A stretch of 64,000 nt of DNA from Gemmatimonadales bacterium (GCA_035500495.1 DATJXC010000029.1:30243-94242); one strand, 5' to 3'; shown: positions 1-9,215, numbered from the stretch's first letter. Notes: generated from the letters alone by a model not told the origin. Numbers and translations: made by a program.

Positions 1-963
1 TCGGGATCCGGGCCCAGGATCGGAAGGGAATCCGGAGTGACCGGGCGCAGTCCGGCCCACGTCCGCGCCGCGGGCAGGTCGCGGAACGAAGGGCAGATCG
101 CGGTGACCACACGGCGAATCTGTGCGAGGCCTTCGGCCGTGGTCTGGGAAGCGAATCCGACCTGCTCCATCGTGCTCCCGGCGATGGCCTCATTCCCGCG
201 AGGGACGATGTAGCCGTGTCCGTGATAGAAGACCCCGCGAGGCAGAGCTGTCGGCCACGCCGTCGCGAGCATTTGGCCTCGCATCGGCTCGACCGGGAGT
301 CGGCGCGGCAGCCCGGCGACTTCGGGAGACCAGACGCCAGCCGCCATGACGACATGCTCGCACGGCACCGTCTCACGCGCGGTACGGATTGCGGTGGTGC
401 GTCCGCCGCTAATGTCGACTTGCCGGACCGCGTCATGCGTCACGGCCGCGCCCAGCCGTCTCGCGTCCGCCAGCAACGCGCCGGTCAGGGCCTGCGGGTC
501 GAGGGCTCCGTCTTCGGGGGCGAACAACGCGCCCTGGCAGGTCGAGGCGAGGCCGGGCCAGCGCTCCAGCACGTCGGTCGGGGTCAGCCAGTCACAGCGC
601 AGGCCGGCCTGGCGCTGCATGGCGACTTGTTCCTCCAGGATTTGCGCGCCGGGTTCGTCCAATGCCAGGGAAGCAATCCCGATCGCCTGGAAGCCGATGT
701 CGATCCCCGTGCTATCTTTGAGTGCGGGAGCCAGGGTGGCGTAGCGGTCACGCCCCCGGATGGCGAGCGGATAGAACTGGTCGTCCGCGATCTCGATCTG
801 GGCCGCTAATAAGCCCGCCGACGCCGAGGAAGCGGCCGCAGGGAGCGGTCCCGGCTCGAACAGGGTGGTGCGCAGGCCCCGGGCGGCAGCGGCCCTGGCA
901 CAGGCGGCCCCGATCACGCCTCCGCCGATCACAGCGACCTGGGTTGAAACCGGTGGGGTCATC
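1..963 (-). CDS. FAD-dependent oxidoreductase, glycine oxidase (ThiO)/D-amino-acid oxidase family; 3' end off window
   Basis: Absent from the ORF track because the window edge truncates it. Hand translation from ATG 963..961 gives MTPPVSTQVAVIGGGVIGAACARAAA (GxGxxG), then VEPMRGQ and TWAGLRPVTPDSLPILGPDP. The frame stays open to base 1. Confidence 0.7.
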
Positions 964-1008
964 GGCACGTAGGGACGTCAGCGTATCGGAGCATTCACGG
1001 GAGGATAC

Positions 1009-1227
1009 ATGTTCCGCAGCATACTGGGTTTCGCGATCCTCGCGATCGTGGCGTGGCTGGTTCTGAAAATCGTCTTCAGCCTGCTCGGCATGGTGATGGG
1101 CTTCGCCATGACGATCCTCTGGCTCGCAGGGATAGGGTTCCTGTGCTACCTGGTGTTGCGGGTGGTCAGCCCCAGCACCGCGGACAAGGTTCGCGATGCG
1201 ATCAAAGGCCGCGGCAGAACGGCCTGA
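1009..1227 (+). CDS. small hydrophobic membrane protein, unknown function
   Basis: 72-aa ORF with two hydrophobic stretches (ILGFAILAIVAWLVLKIVFSLLGMVMGFAMTILWLAGIGFLCYLVL). GGGAGGA lies about 6 nt upstream of the ATG. Confidence 0.55.
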   Translation: MFRSILGFAILAIVAWLVLKIVFSLLGMVMGFAMTILWLAGIGFLCYLVLRVVSPSTADKVRDAIKGRGRTA

Positions 1228-1247
1228 CCCTCATCCAGCGAAGCGTC

Positions 1248-1279
1248 ATCGGGGCACTCTCAAATCGGAGTGCCCCGAT
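1248..1279. terminator. bidirectional hairpin terminator between convergent genes
   Basis: Perfect 12-bp stem ATCGGGGCACTC (1248-1259) / GAGTGCCCCGAT (1268-1279) with an 8-nt loop, followed by TTCGTTT. It sits between the + gene ending at 1227 and the - gene ending at 1285. Confidence 0.65.
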
Positions 1280-1284
1280 TCGTT

Positions 1285-2247
1285 TCAGCGACCGTCGAGT
1301 CGCGTCGCCAGGCCCCAGCAGAGCAGCGGGATCAGCAGCTCGTGATGTCCCGTCAACTGGATTCCTCGCCCCCCGGCCAGGGTCGGTCGCTCTACCACGT
1401 TGACTCGAGGACGGTAATGGCGCTGCATGTCGCAGTCGACGGCCGTGAAATGGGTCGGCCGCCCATCGTTCAGGTTTCTGGCGATGGTGAGCGCCTTCAG
1501 GAACACCTCCGGCATCACCACGGCGCTACCGAGGTTCAAGACCACGCCACCATGGTCGAGCGCCGGCAGCGAGGCCGCCAGCCGTTTGAAATCGCGGTGA
1601 CTGGTCGCGCCGAGCGCCGCGCCGTCGGCCGAGGGGTGTTGATGGATGATCTCGGCGCCGATCGCCGCGTGCACCGTGACCGGGACGCCCATCTCGCCGC
1701 AGGCCAGCAGGATGGAAACCTCCCGTCCGGGCAGCGTCTTCCGGCGGGCCAGCGCCTCGGTGAGCGCTTCACCGGCCCCCTGGTCCGCGGCGGCGCCCTG
1801 CGTGATCGCCGCGTTCATCTCGCGGCCGGTCTCTTCAGCCATTCCAAACGTGCCGTCGGCCAGCCCGGCCGCGACGTCTTCGCTGGTGGCGCCGAAGGCC
1901 GCCAGCTCGAAATCGTGGATCGCGGCGCTGCCGTTCATGGCCACGTGCGTGATGACCCGGCGCCGCAGCAGATCGACGAGCAAAGGACCGAGCCCGACTT
2001 TGATCACATGCCCCCCCAGCATGACGACGACGCCGTGCCGGCCGGCGGCCTCGGCGAGGCGATCGACCACGAATCGCAGATCGCGCGCGGCGAGGATGTC
2101 GGGGAGGGAACTCCAGAAGTCGGCAAAGCGGCGATCGGATCCGGCACCCGGTGGATGGGCGAGCAGGGAGGCCTCGACCTTGTTGCGGCGTTGAGCGATG
2201 GGCACCGTCTTGAGACGGCTAGTGTCCGCCTCGCGATACTCGGTCAT
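1285..2247 (-). CDS. deoxyhypusine synthase-like family protein (tentative)
   Basis: 320 aa. The segment VVVMLGGHVIKVGLGPLLVDLLRRRVITHVAMNGSAAIHDFE and a later GSAVVMPEVF resemble the DHS-like NAD-binding fold pattern. Its ATG overlaps the upstream stop (ATGA at 2244-2247). Confidence 0.5.
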   Translation of the reverse strand: MTEYREADTSRLKTVPIAQRRNKVEASLLAHPPGAGSDRRFADFWSSLPDILAARDLRFVVDRLAEAAGRHGVVVMLGGHVIKVGLGPLLVDLLRRRVITHVAMNGSAAIHDFELAAFGATSEDVAAGLADGTFGMAEETGREMNAAITQGAAADQGAGEALTEALARRKTLPGREVSILLACGEMGVPVTVHAAIGAEIIHQHPSADGAALGATSHRDFKRLAASLPALDHGGVVLNLGSAVVMPEVFLKALTIARNLNDGRPTHFTAVDCDMQRHYRPRVNVVERPTLAGGRGIQLTGHHELLIPLLCWGLATRLDGR

Positions 2248-3854
2248 TTCGAATCCGCCGGCGGCGGGGAAAGGTGCGGAGGCGGAGCAGGCGCCGAGAA
2301 TTCCTTCAGGTTCATCGTGATCGTGCCGAAGGAGAAGTTGGACTGCAGCTTGAGCAGCAGGCGCCGGTCGTCATCGGACAGCCACATCCGCGCGTCGGCG
2401 TCCTCAGCCAGAATGCCGCGTCCCTTCGGGATGATCGGCTTGATGACGATCGCCTGGAACTTGTGGTCGGCGACCTCGATCTCTTCTTTCTTGATGACCT
2501 GGACGATCACCGGGTTGCGGTCGGGGCGGAAATACCGGGTGTACTCATAGCGGTGGCCGACCACAAGCGGGACCGTCCGCACCCAATAGATGAACGCCAT
2601 GTCGTCCAGCGGGTCGGCGACGGTCGCCCGCGTCGAGTCCTGCTCGTCCTCGCGGTAATAGCCGGAATCGGGAAAGATGTCGTACCGCTTGAAGCGCTTC
2701 TTACCGCGCTCCTCGGTATCCTGGATGAAGCGCCGCGACCGGAAATCGGTCCGTCCCACCCACGACTCCATCGTCTGGTCGAGGTGGTACCAGAGGGCGC
2801 CACCATGGATATGGAAGCGGAAGTGCACGGCGTCCTCCCCGCGCACCGTGTCGCGGCCCACGACATCCAGGGTGGCCTCCCCTACGCTGAATATCCCGAA
2901 CTTGGCTTGGTAGCGGAGGTGCTCCCCCATCGGAAACGGAACGGCGTCGGGCGGAGCGGGCTCGCCGGGGGTCGGCACGGCCGCGCCGGGGCCGAGTAAG
3001 GCGCTGGCAGACTTCATCGAATCAGCGGGTTTGGTGGAGTCGGCGGATTTGGCCGAGCCGGTCGAATCGCCCTGCCCCGCGAGCGTCAGGTGCAGGGAGA
3101 GTGCCATCAGCATCAACGCCGCGCTCACGGTACGCGCCGCGCGCACGATCGGGCGAGCCTTCCAGGCGGCGACGAGCGCGCTCCAGGGGCGCACCCGGGA
3201 GGGACGCGCGTGCAGGTCGTAGCGGGCGGTGACCCCCACCGTTTCTACTCGGCGGGCCTGCGGGATCAGCCGCGCCAACAGCTCCGCATTGGCGACCCAC
3301 CCGTCGGTGGTGAGCAGCGCTTCCTCGCCGTGTTCCCGGAATGCCTGCCGCAGGGCGATCAGCCTCAGGCAGAGGAATCCGGAAACCGAATCCTTGACCC
3401 CCGGTACCTGCAGCAGACGCGGGGCCATCCGCCTCACCCAGCGCATCGTTCGCGAGGTCGCCCCTTTCGCTCTCCCGATCTGCTCCGCCACCACCAGGTC
3501 GGCGCCCGACTCGATCCGCTTGACCATCTCCTCCATCGAGTCCGGCGAATGCACGAAATCGGCGTGTAACGTGATGGCGCAGTCCCGCTTGGGCCGGTCG
3601 CTCCGCTGCAGGGCGAGCCGCAGCAGCGCTTCCAGACTCTTGGCGTACCCCTGACGCTCGGTATTGGTCACGACCGTCATGGGGAGCACCCGGCCGTACC
3701 GGCTCAAGACCTCGGTCGTGCCATCGGTGGAGCCGTCGTCGCAGACGAGGAGCTGGTACTCCCGCTGGAACGCCGTAAACACCTGGCGGACTTTCCAGAG
3801 GACCAGGCCGGCGGTCTTGGCTTCGTTGTAAACGGGAATGCAGACGTAAATCAT
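2244..3854 (-). CDS. family 2 glycosyltransferase fused to a C-terminal DUF3108-like domain
   Basis: N-terminus MIYVCIPVYNEAKTAG...LLVCDDGSTDGT is the GT2 signature. Mid-protein there is a TM segment (AALMLMALSLHLTLAG) and a low-complexity SAKSADSTKPADSMKSAS linker. The C-terminal YQAKFGIFSVGEATLDVVG... looks DUF3108-like. Confidence 0.7.
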   Translation of the reverse strand: MIYVCIPVYNEAKTAGLVLWKVRQVFTAFQREYQLLVCDDGSTDGTTEVLSRYGRVLPMTVVTNTERQGYAKSLEALLRLALQRSDRPKRDCAITLHADFVHSPDSMEEMVKRIESGADLVVAEQIGRAKGATSRTMRWVRRMAPRLLQVPGVKDSVSGFLCLRLIALRQAFREHGEEALLTTDGWVANAELLARLIPQARRVETVGVTARYDLHARPSRVRPWSALVAAWKARPIVRAARTVSAALMLMALSLHLTLAGQGDSTGSAKSADSTKPADSMKSASALLGPGAAVPTPGEPAPPDAVPFPMGEHLRYQAKFGIFSVGEATLDVVGRDTVRGEDAVHFRFHIHGGALWYHLDQTMESWVGRTDFRSRRFIQDTEERGKKRFKRYDIFPDSGYYREDEQDSTRATVADPLDDMAFIYWVRTVPLVVGHRYEYTRYFRPDRNPVIVQVIKKEEIEVADHKFQAIVIKPIIPKGRGILAEDADARMWLSDDDRRLLLKLQSNFSFGTITMNLKEFSAPAPPPHLSPPPADSK

Positions 3855-3865
3855 GGCCCTGCAAT

Positions 3866-4921
3866 CTAGACGAGCGTCCGATACAGGGCTACGACGGATT
3901 CGGCCATCGCCGCCGCGGTGAAGCGGTTGGGAAGCGTCGGCCGCATCGGGCGGTCGAGCATGTGCACCACCCGCTGGGCCAACCGGGCGGCATCACCCAC
4001 CGGGACGAGCTGTTCGGCGGGGACGAGCTCCGGCAGTCCTCCCGCCGCTGTGGCGACCACCGGTGTGCCCAGGGCCAGGGCGTGCAGCACGACGCTGCCC
4101 AGGCCTTCTTCACGCGATGACATGACGAACACGCTCGCCTGGCGGATCAACGCGTCGACTTCCGTGACGTAGCCCAGCAGGTGCACGCGGTCCGTCAGGC
4201 CGAGAGATTCGACCAGGGCGAGGAGCGACGGACGTAACGGGCCTTCTCCGGCGATCGCCCAGTGCAGATCTGGACGCAGGGCGCGGGCGGCAGCGGCCGC
4301 CCGGATCAGGGTCGCCTGATCCTTATGGCCGACCAAGGCCGCGACGTTGACGGCCAGCGGGGCGCGGTCCGCGACCCCGAGCTCGGCGCGGAATCGCCGC
4401 GCGGGGGGGGCATCCGCGGCGGTGCGGACTTCGTCAGGGTCGATGCCGTCGGCGATGACGGAGACCCGCGATCCGTCCACACCATCGGCCATCAGCACGC
4501 GTCGCACGGCATCGGACACCGCGACGATCGCGTCGGCCGCAAACCAATGTCCGTGTGGCCGAATGTGGAAATCCACCCGCCGGTGCGCGACGATGCGGGG
4601 GGTCGGTCGGATCCAGCGCCGGGCCCAGACGGCGAGCGAGAGGGCATGGCTCTCGTGAACGTGAATGATATCGGGACGCCACCCGCGTCCCGCGCGCACG
4701 AGCCCCCACCACGCCCGCGGGTCCAGCCCCATGTCCCACGTCACGCCGGTCACCGGGACGCCCTCGACCCGCGCGCGCGCCGCCAGGGGGCCCGTGTCCC
4801 GCGTCACCAGCAATTGGTCCACCTCGGGGTGCCGCCGAAGCTCCCGGGTGAGCAGTCGGACCTGGTTCTGCCCGCCGCGCCATTCGCGACCGGCATCCAC
4901 CTGGAGTACGCGCACCGCCAC
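3866..4921 (-). CDS. glycosyltransferase, GT4 (group 1, GT-B fold)
   Basis: The track ORF 3866..5578 is over-extended. The GT begins VAVRVLQVDAGREWRGGQ with GTG at 4921..4919, overlapping the kinase stop (TAGTG). The C-terminal SREEGLGSVVLHALALGTPVVATAAGGLPELV is the GT4 E-x7-E region. Confidence 0.8.
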   Translation of the reverse strand: MAVRVLQVDAGREWRGGQNQVRLLTRELRRHPEVDQLLVTRDTGPLAARARVEGVPVTGVTWDMGLDPRAWWGLVRAGRGWRPDIIHVHESHALSLAVWARRWIRPTPRIVAHRRVDFHIRPHGHWFAADAIVAVSDAVRRVLMADGVDGSRVSVIADGIDPDEVRTAADAPPARRFRAELGVADRAPLAVNVAALVGHKDQATLIRAAAAARALRPDLHWAIAGEGPLRPSLLALVESLGLTDRVHLLGYVTEVDALIRQASVFVMSSREEGLGSVVLHALALGTPVVATAAGGLPELVPAEQLVPVGDAARLAQRVVHMLDRPMRPTLPNRFTAAAMAESVVALYRTLV

Positions 4922-6924
4922 TACCGGGAGGTGGCGGTCGACGGCGTGACGCGGCCCAGGACCGTCCGCAGCTCGGCCAGGGTGAAGGGCTTGTGGAGGA
5001 AGGGTCGGTGGAGCGACTCGAGAAACTGGAGGGTGTCGCCGCGCACGGTGTCGCCGGTGGCGAAGATCACACGGCGGGCGATGTCGGGATGAGCGCTGGC
5101 CAGATTGTCGTACATCTCGCGGCCGCCCAGGCGCGGCATGCGCAGGTCGCAGATGATGACGTCGAACGGCTCGACCAGGGCGCGCTCGACCGCTTCCGTC
5201 CCGTCCGTGGCGACCTCGACGGCGTGACCCCAGCTTGCCAGGGTCGCCTTCATGTAGTGCAGGATATGAGGCTCGTCGTCCACCACGAGAATCCGCAGGC
5301 GGCCGCTCGACGCGGGCGCGGCCTCCTCCTGTGAGGGGCGCGCCGGGCGTCGGCCACCGAGCAGCTCGACGGTGAAAGTCGCCCCATGGCCCAGCGACGA
5401 CTCGAGCGTGATGCGGCCGCCGTGTTCCTTCACGATACCCTGGCAGATCGACAGTCCCAGCCCGGTTCCTTCGCCCTCCCCCTTGGTCGTAAAGAACGGC
5501 TCGAACACCCGGGGAACCAGCTCCTCGGGGATCCCGGGCCCGTCGTCCGCGACGCTCACGCTGACGCCATCGAGCCATTTCCGGGCGCTGATCTGGATGT
5601 GTCCCGGGCGCCCGGTGCTGGCGATCGCCTGGGCGGCGTTGTTCAGCAGGTTCACGAACACCTGCTTGATCTGGTTCACGTTCATTTCGATCTCGGGCGT
5701 CCCCGGCTCGACGTCCAGGACGGCGTCCACCTTGAGCGCCATCAATTGGTTACGCAGCAGCGCCAGAACGGACTCGATCAACGGGCGCAGCGCCTGGGGG
5801 ACGCGCTCGCCTTCCTGCCGCCGGGCGAACGACAGGAGGTTCTTCACGATCGTGGCGGCGCGCTCGGCCTCCTGCCGGATCACTCGCAGGGGTTCGGCCA
5901 GGGCGGGGGGCACGTCCTCGGACTCCGCCAAGTAGTCGGCAAAACCCACGACCGAGGCGAGGGGGTTGTTCAGGTCGTGGGCGATCCCCGAGATCAGTTG
6001 ACCAATCGCCGACATCTTCTCAGACTGTATCAACTGATCTTGGAGCCGCCGCTTCTCCGTATGGTCCTCGACCGACAGCACCGCCGATCCGGCGTCCGCA
6101 CCTTCCATGCGGACCGCGCTCACCAGATAGACCCGCTCCCCGGAGCGGATCTCGTGGGCGCCGGGCTCGGCCAGCGCGCGCGTGACCACGCTCGCCCAGG
6201 CGGGCGGCACCAGGGTGAGCCAGGCCCGGCCCGGAAGCGCCGTCACGGGCACTTTGACCAGATCGGCAAACACGCGGTTCGAGCGTCGCACGATGCCTTG
6301 AGGGTCGATGATGCAGATCGCCTGGCTGATGGCGTCGACCGTCAGCTCCCATTCCCGTTTCCCGGAGGAGAGCAGCTCCAGGAGTCGCGCATTCTCGAGC
6401 GCGATGGCCGCCTGGGCCACGACCGCGTTGAGCAGAGCCAGCTGCGGGGGTCCATACGCGCCCGGTCGGTCGCTCGCGAGCGCGATGACGCCGATGGCGC
6501 GGCCGACGGTCACGAGAGGCGCCCCCATCCAGGACCCCGGCGGGGTGCCAAGCGGTGCCGCACCGGCGGCGGCCGCCGCTTTGGCGACGTCCCTGGAGAG
6601 AAGCGTCGGCCCGCGGCGCAAAGCCAGCTGCAGCAGGGGGTCGTCGATGTGCGCCGCATCACCGCCGCGGTCGTAGGCGACGGCGAGGCTATTGGTATCG
6701 CCGTCGAGTGCCAGCACCGTGAGCTTGTCGGGGGTGAGCGCGGTGAGCAGCCAGGCCGCGACCCGCTCGACCACGGTCGACGGCCGGTAGGCGCCGGCCA
6801 ATTCACGGGCGAGCTCGGTGAGCCCGCTCAGAACCTGCGCGGGACTTCGAGAGGTGGTGCGTGTCGATGAGGAGCGGCTCATGATCCTCGCGAACACCCG
6901 GGCGCGGCTGCGCGGCCCGGACAT
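4921..6924 (-). CDS. hybrid sensor histidine kinase (GAF-PAS-HisKA-HATPase_c-receiver)
   Basis: H-box SGIAHDLNNPL, N-box NLLNNAAQA, G-boxes DDGPGI and GTGLGLSICQGIVKEHGG. The C-terminal receiver is LRILVVDDEPHIL...DVIICDLRMPRLGG. An alternative start is ATG 6882. Confidence 0.9.
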   Translation of the reverse strand: MSGPRSRARVFARIMSRSSSTRTTSRSPAQVLSGLTELARELAGAYRPSTVVERVAAWLLTALTPDKLTVLALDGDTNSLAVAYDRGGDAAHIDDPLLQLALRRGPTLLSRDVAKAAAAAGAAPLGTPPGSWMGAPLVTVGRAIGVIALASDRPGAYGPPQLALLNAVVAQAAIALENARLLELLSSGKREWELTVDAISQAICIIDPQGIVRRSNRVFADLVKVPVTALPGRAWLTLVPPAWASVVTRALAEPGAHEIRSGERVYLVSAVRMEGADAGSAVLSVEDHTEKRRLQDQLIQSEKMSAIGQLISGIAHDLNNPLASVVGFADYLAESEDVPPALAEPLRVIRQEAERAATIVKNLLSFARRQEGERVPQALRPLIESVLALLRNQLMALKVDAVLDVEPGTPEIEMNVNQIKQVFVNLLNNAAQAIASTGRPGHIQISARKWLDGVSVSVADDGPGIPEELVPRVFEPFFTTKGEGEGTGLGLSICQGIVKEHGGRITLESSLGHGATFTVELLGGRRPARPSQEEAAPASSGRLRILVVDDEPHILHYMKATLASWGHAVEVATDGTEAVERALVEPFDVIICDLRMPRLGGREMYDNLASAHPDIARRVIFATGDTVRGDTLQFLESLHRPFLHKPFTLAELRTVLGRVTPSTATSR

Positions 6925-7585
6925 CCGACTCGTAGTGTTGGCCCTGTGCCACCGCGATCCCGGGGCTCGGGCCCGGACCGAGGAGCGTCTGTCCCGGGAA
7001 GGGCCGGACGTCCTGCTCGACGCGCCGGGACTCCTCGAGGCACTGTGTGCCGTTCGCTCACTCGCGATGCCGTCGGCCCCACTGTTTTTCTACGTGGCCG
7101 TCCGACATGCGCTGCTCGGCGCCGGCGTCGACGATCGCTCGCTCGCCGATTATCTGGCGGCGTTGCTGCTCGAATTCGGGGCGCATGGCCGGGCCAATCG
7201 CCTCCGCGCCGCGGATGACCAAACCTACAATTATCTCCTCGAAATCGTCAGCGACCTCGAGGAGCAGGAGCCCGGGCCGCGCGCGTTCGAACTGCAGGCA
7301 CACCTCGGCAATTACAGTCTGTGGCTGGCCGGGTTGTTCCCGGACTTCATCGCCGCCGTGAAGCGGCGTCGGGCGGGGCCGGACCTCACCTACTACGATG
7401 CCTGGGGGCGACGCGGCTATGGGCTCGCGGCGGGCCATCGGCTGGCGGCGCAGTACGGCGTCGACGACATCTTCCGGCAGGCAGCCGAGCGGTTTCCCGC
7501 GCTGCGCCTGGCCCTGAATCGCCTCTCCGATCGGACGTTTTTTCCGGCGGTCCGGACCGAAGACAAGCTGTTGCGCAATCTCTAG
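6881..7585 (+). CDS. hypothetical protein
   Basis: The track ORF starts at GTG 6818; the internal ATG 6881 (MILANTRARL) is equally possible. Amino-acid composition looks normal and I recognise no motif. It is divergent from, and overlaps, the kinase 5' end. Confidence 0.5.
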   Translation: MILANTRARLRGPDIRLVVLALCHRDPGARARTEERLSREGPDVLLDAPGLLEALCAVRSLAMPSAPLFFYVAVRHALLGAGVDDRSLADYLAALLLEFGAHGRANRLRAADDQTYNYLLEIVSDLEEQEPGPRAFELQAHLGNYSLWLAGLFPDFIAAVKRRRAGPDLTYYDAWGRRGYGLAAGHRLAAQYGVDDIFRQAAERFPALRLALNRLSDRTFFPAVRTEDKLLRNL

Positions 7586-8010
7586 TCCGCGAGAAACGAG
7601 GTCGGGACCGTCGTCACGGCCGAGATCAGCTCCTCCGCGGATCTCACGTAGCGCATCAGAATCGCGTAGGACCCGGCGAGCCGGATCTTCCGCGCCATGA
7701 TCGCGGGGACGGGCTGCAGCTCTCCCCGCAGGAGCGAGCGCCATGCGCGATACTCACCGGTCAGCCGGAATGGCGCTTCCTCCGCCTGTTCGAGGGTGAT
7801 GAGCTTCGCGGCGCGACAGGCTCCCCGCTCCAGGTCGAGCCACACGCCGACCGTCTCGGTCCACCCGATCTCCGGTTGTGGCGTGACCACGAGCGACAGG
7901 GCGCCGTGCGTCCAGTCGAGGGAGGCATCGCGGTAGGCTGAGCTGGCGTTGATCGCGCGCGCGCAGGCCGCCACCCACTGGCGGGACAGGAAGTCGAGCG
8001 ACGACGTCAT
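7582..8010 (-). CDS. SCP2 sterol/lipid-binding domain protein
   Basis: The track ORF extends to 8070. I prefer start MTSSLDFLSRQW at 8010, which gives an ATGA overlap with the upstream stop. The C-terminal GELQPVPAIMARKIRLAGSYAILMRY matches the SCP2 pattern. Confidence 0.6.
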   Translation of the reverse strand: MTSSLDFLSRQWVAACARAINASSAYRDASLDWTHGALSLVVTPQPEIGWTETVGVWLDLERGACRAAKLITLEQAEEAPFRLTGEYRAWRSLLRGELQPVPAIMARKIRLAGSYAILMRYVRSAEELISAVTTVPTSFLAD

Positions 8011-8693
8011 CGAACAGCGTCGGCAAACCCGCGGAACAACGCGTCGCCGGTGAAATCCTCGGGGTGCCATTGCACGGCCAGCAACCAGGGGGCGTCGGGA
8101 AACGCGGACTCCGCGCCTTCGATCACCCCGTCCGGAGCCCAGGCGCTCGCGACGAGCCCCGGCGCCAGATCCCGTACGGCCTGGTGGTGACGGCTGTTCA
8201 CGCTGGTCTGCAGGGTCTGGAGCGTCCGGTGCATGAGCGTCTCGGGGGCGATGGAGAGCTCGTGTGTGCCGTGGGGGTCAGCGTGATTGATGGGCCCTGG
8301 GCGCTCCTCCGGCAGGTGCTGAAACAGCGTACCTCCCAATGCGACGTTGACGAGCTGGATGCCGCGGCAGATGGCGAGCACGGGGAGACGCCGTGCCTGG
8401 GCGGCTTCGAACAGCGCGATCTCGATGGCGTCGCGTCCGGTGTCGGCGGCATCAAGCTCGGGATGCGGGACGGCGCCGTAGCGCGCGGGGGCTACATCCT
8501 CTCCGCCGGTGAGGACCAGCCCGACGACGGCGTCCGCCACGTCGCCCGCCGCCTCCGGCGCCAGATGCGGGGGCACGACCAGCGGTACGAGTCCGGCGTC
8601 CGCCAGGGCCGTGACATAGGCCGAGGCGAGCGCCACGCGCTCCCGATCACCGAGGGTGCGTCGGGGCGCGGTCACCGCGACGAGGCGGCTCAC
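8007..8693 (-). CDS. class I glutamine amidotransferase-like gamma-glutamyl hydrolase (peptidase C26, PuuD-like)
   Basis: LAICRGIQLVNVALGGTLFQHLP (nucleophile Cys), then NSRHHQAV and AVQWHPE. The track start is 8726; GTG 8693 gives a GTGA overlap with the upstream lipoprotein stop. Confidence 0.8.
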   Translation of the reverse strand: MSRLVAVTAPRRTLGDRERVALASAYVTALADAGLVPLVVPPHLAPEAAGDVADAVVGLVLTGGEDVAPARYGAVPHPELDAADTGRDAIEIALFEAAQARRLPVLAICRGIQLVNVALGGTLFQHLPEERPGPINHADPHGTHELSIAPETLMHRTLQTLQTSVNSRHHQAVRDLAPGLVASAWAPDGVIEGAESAFPDAPWLLAVQWHPEDFTGDALFRGFADAVR

Positions 8694-9214
8694 GGCTGAG
8701 TCGTCGGGGCGCCGAGCAGCGGGCAATGCGGGTTGGAAACGCTGCCCCAGTCCACCCGGACGCCGAACACGGGAAGCGTGAGGTCGCTGCTCGATACCGT
8801 GCCGAGCCGCGGATATTCCTTGGGAGGCTGGGTGGATTCGTAGACCAGCAGCCCCATGGCGCGCTGGGTGGAGTCATCCACCACGAGCAGGCCGTACCCG
8901 GCGTCCCGCCCGACCCGCGCCGGGAAGCCCGCGCCTTGATAGGCCATGACGATGTTGCCTTGATCGTAGCCGATGGCGATGCGTCCGGTGTCGGCTTGCC
9001 CGGCGACGCGCGCCGGCAGGGTGGCCGGGAGGCCACGCGGCACATCGGTGAGGATCGCCCGCGCATTGTTCAGCTGTTGCTGCACGATGGTCGGACCCGC
9101 GAGCATCGCGAGGCCGCACACCGGAGACCGGTTGCGGGGGCCTCCGCATCCGACGACTACGATGGTGAGGATCGCGGCGGCGCGGCCGCTCCAGACGCGC
9201 GTCATGGCCACCAA
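8690..9214 (-). CDS. predicted lipoprotein, unknown function
   Basis: N-terminus MVAMTRVWSGRAAAILTIVVVGCGG is a signal peptide plus lipobox Cys. It starts 1 nt after the TonB receptor stop. Confidence 0.6.
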   Translation of the reverse strand: MVAMTRVWSGRAAAILTIVVVGCGGPRNRSPVCGLAMLAGPTIVQQQLNNARAILTDVPRGLPATLPARVAGQADTGRIAIGYDQGNIVMAYQGAGFPARVGRDAGYGLLVVDDSTQRAMGLLVYESTQPPKEYPRLGTVSSSDLTLPVFGVRVDWGSVSNPHCPLLGAPTTQP

Positions 9215-9215
9215 G

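Noticed and set aside
4403-4410. G8 homopolymer inside the GT4 glycosyltransferase as a possible phase-variation switch
   Set aside because: Similar G/C runs of 7-9 occur in housekeeping genes here: gcvP 25494-25501, the ABC ATPase 16276-16284, sbcD 38249-38256, the GAF gene 58050-58057 and DUF1028 13017-13024. They encode Gly-Gly or Pro-Pro, so the tract is normal for this genome.
4922-5578. N-terminal 219 aa of track ORF 3866..5578 (glycosyltransferase extended to 570 aa)
   Set aside because: The extension lies wholly inside the kinase gene in another frame and is Arg/Gly/Pro-rich. GT4 homology begins at VAVRVLQVDAG, where a GTG overlaps the kinase stop.
5386-6870. 494-aa plus-strand ORF spanning most of the sensor kinase locus
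   Set aside because: It is an antisense shadow of the kinase gene. Codon third positions coincide with those of the minus-strand gene. The translation is Arg/Gly/Asp/His-rich with no motif, whereas the minus frame has complete HK and receiver motifs.
6818-6924. Apparent divergent overlap of the kinase and the hypothetical gene, up to 107 nt (4 nt with the ATG 6882 and 6881 starts)
   Set aside because: It is not reported as a finding because it cannot be resolved. The two frames share third-codon positions, so GC3 does not discriminate. Alternative starts (ATG 6882 for the kinase, ATG 6881 for the other gene) cut the overlap to 4 nt at an ATG/CAT palindrome. Start-site mapping is needed.
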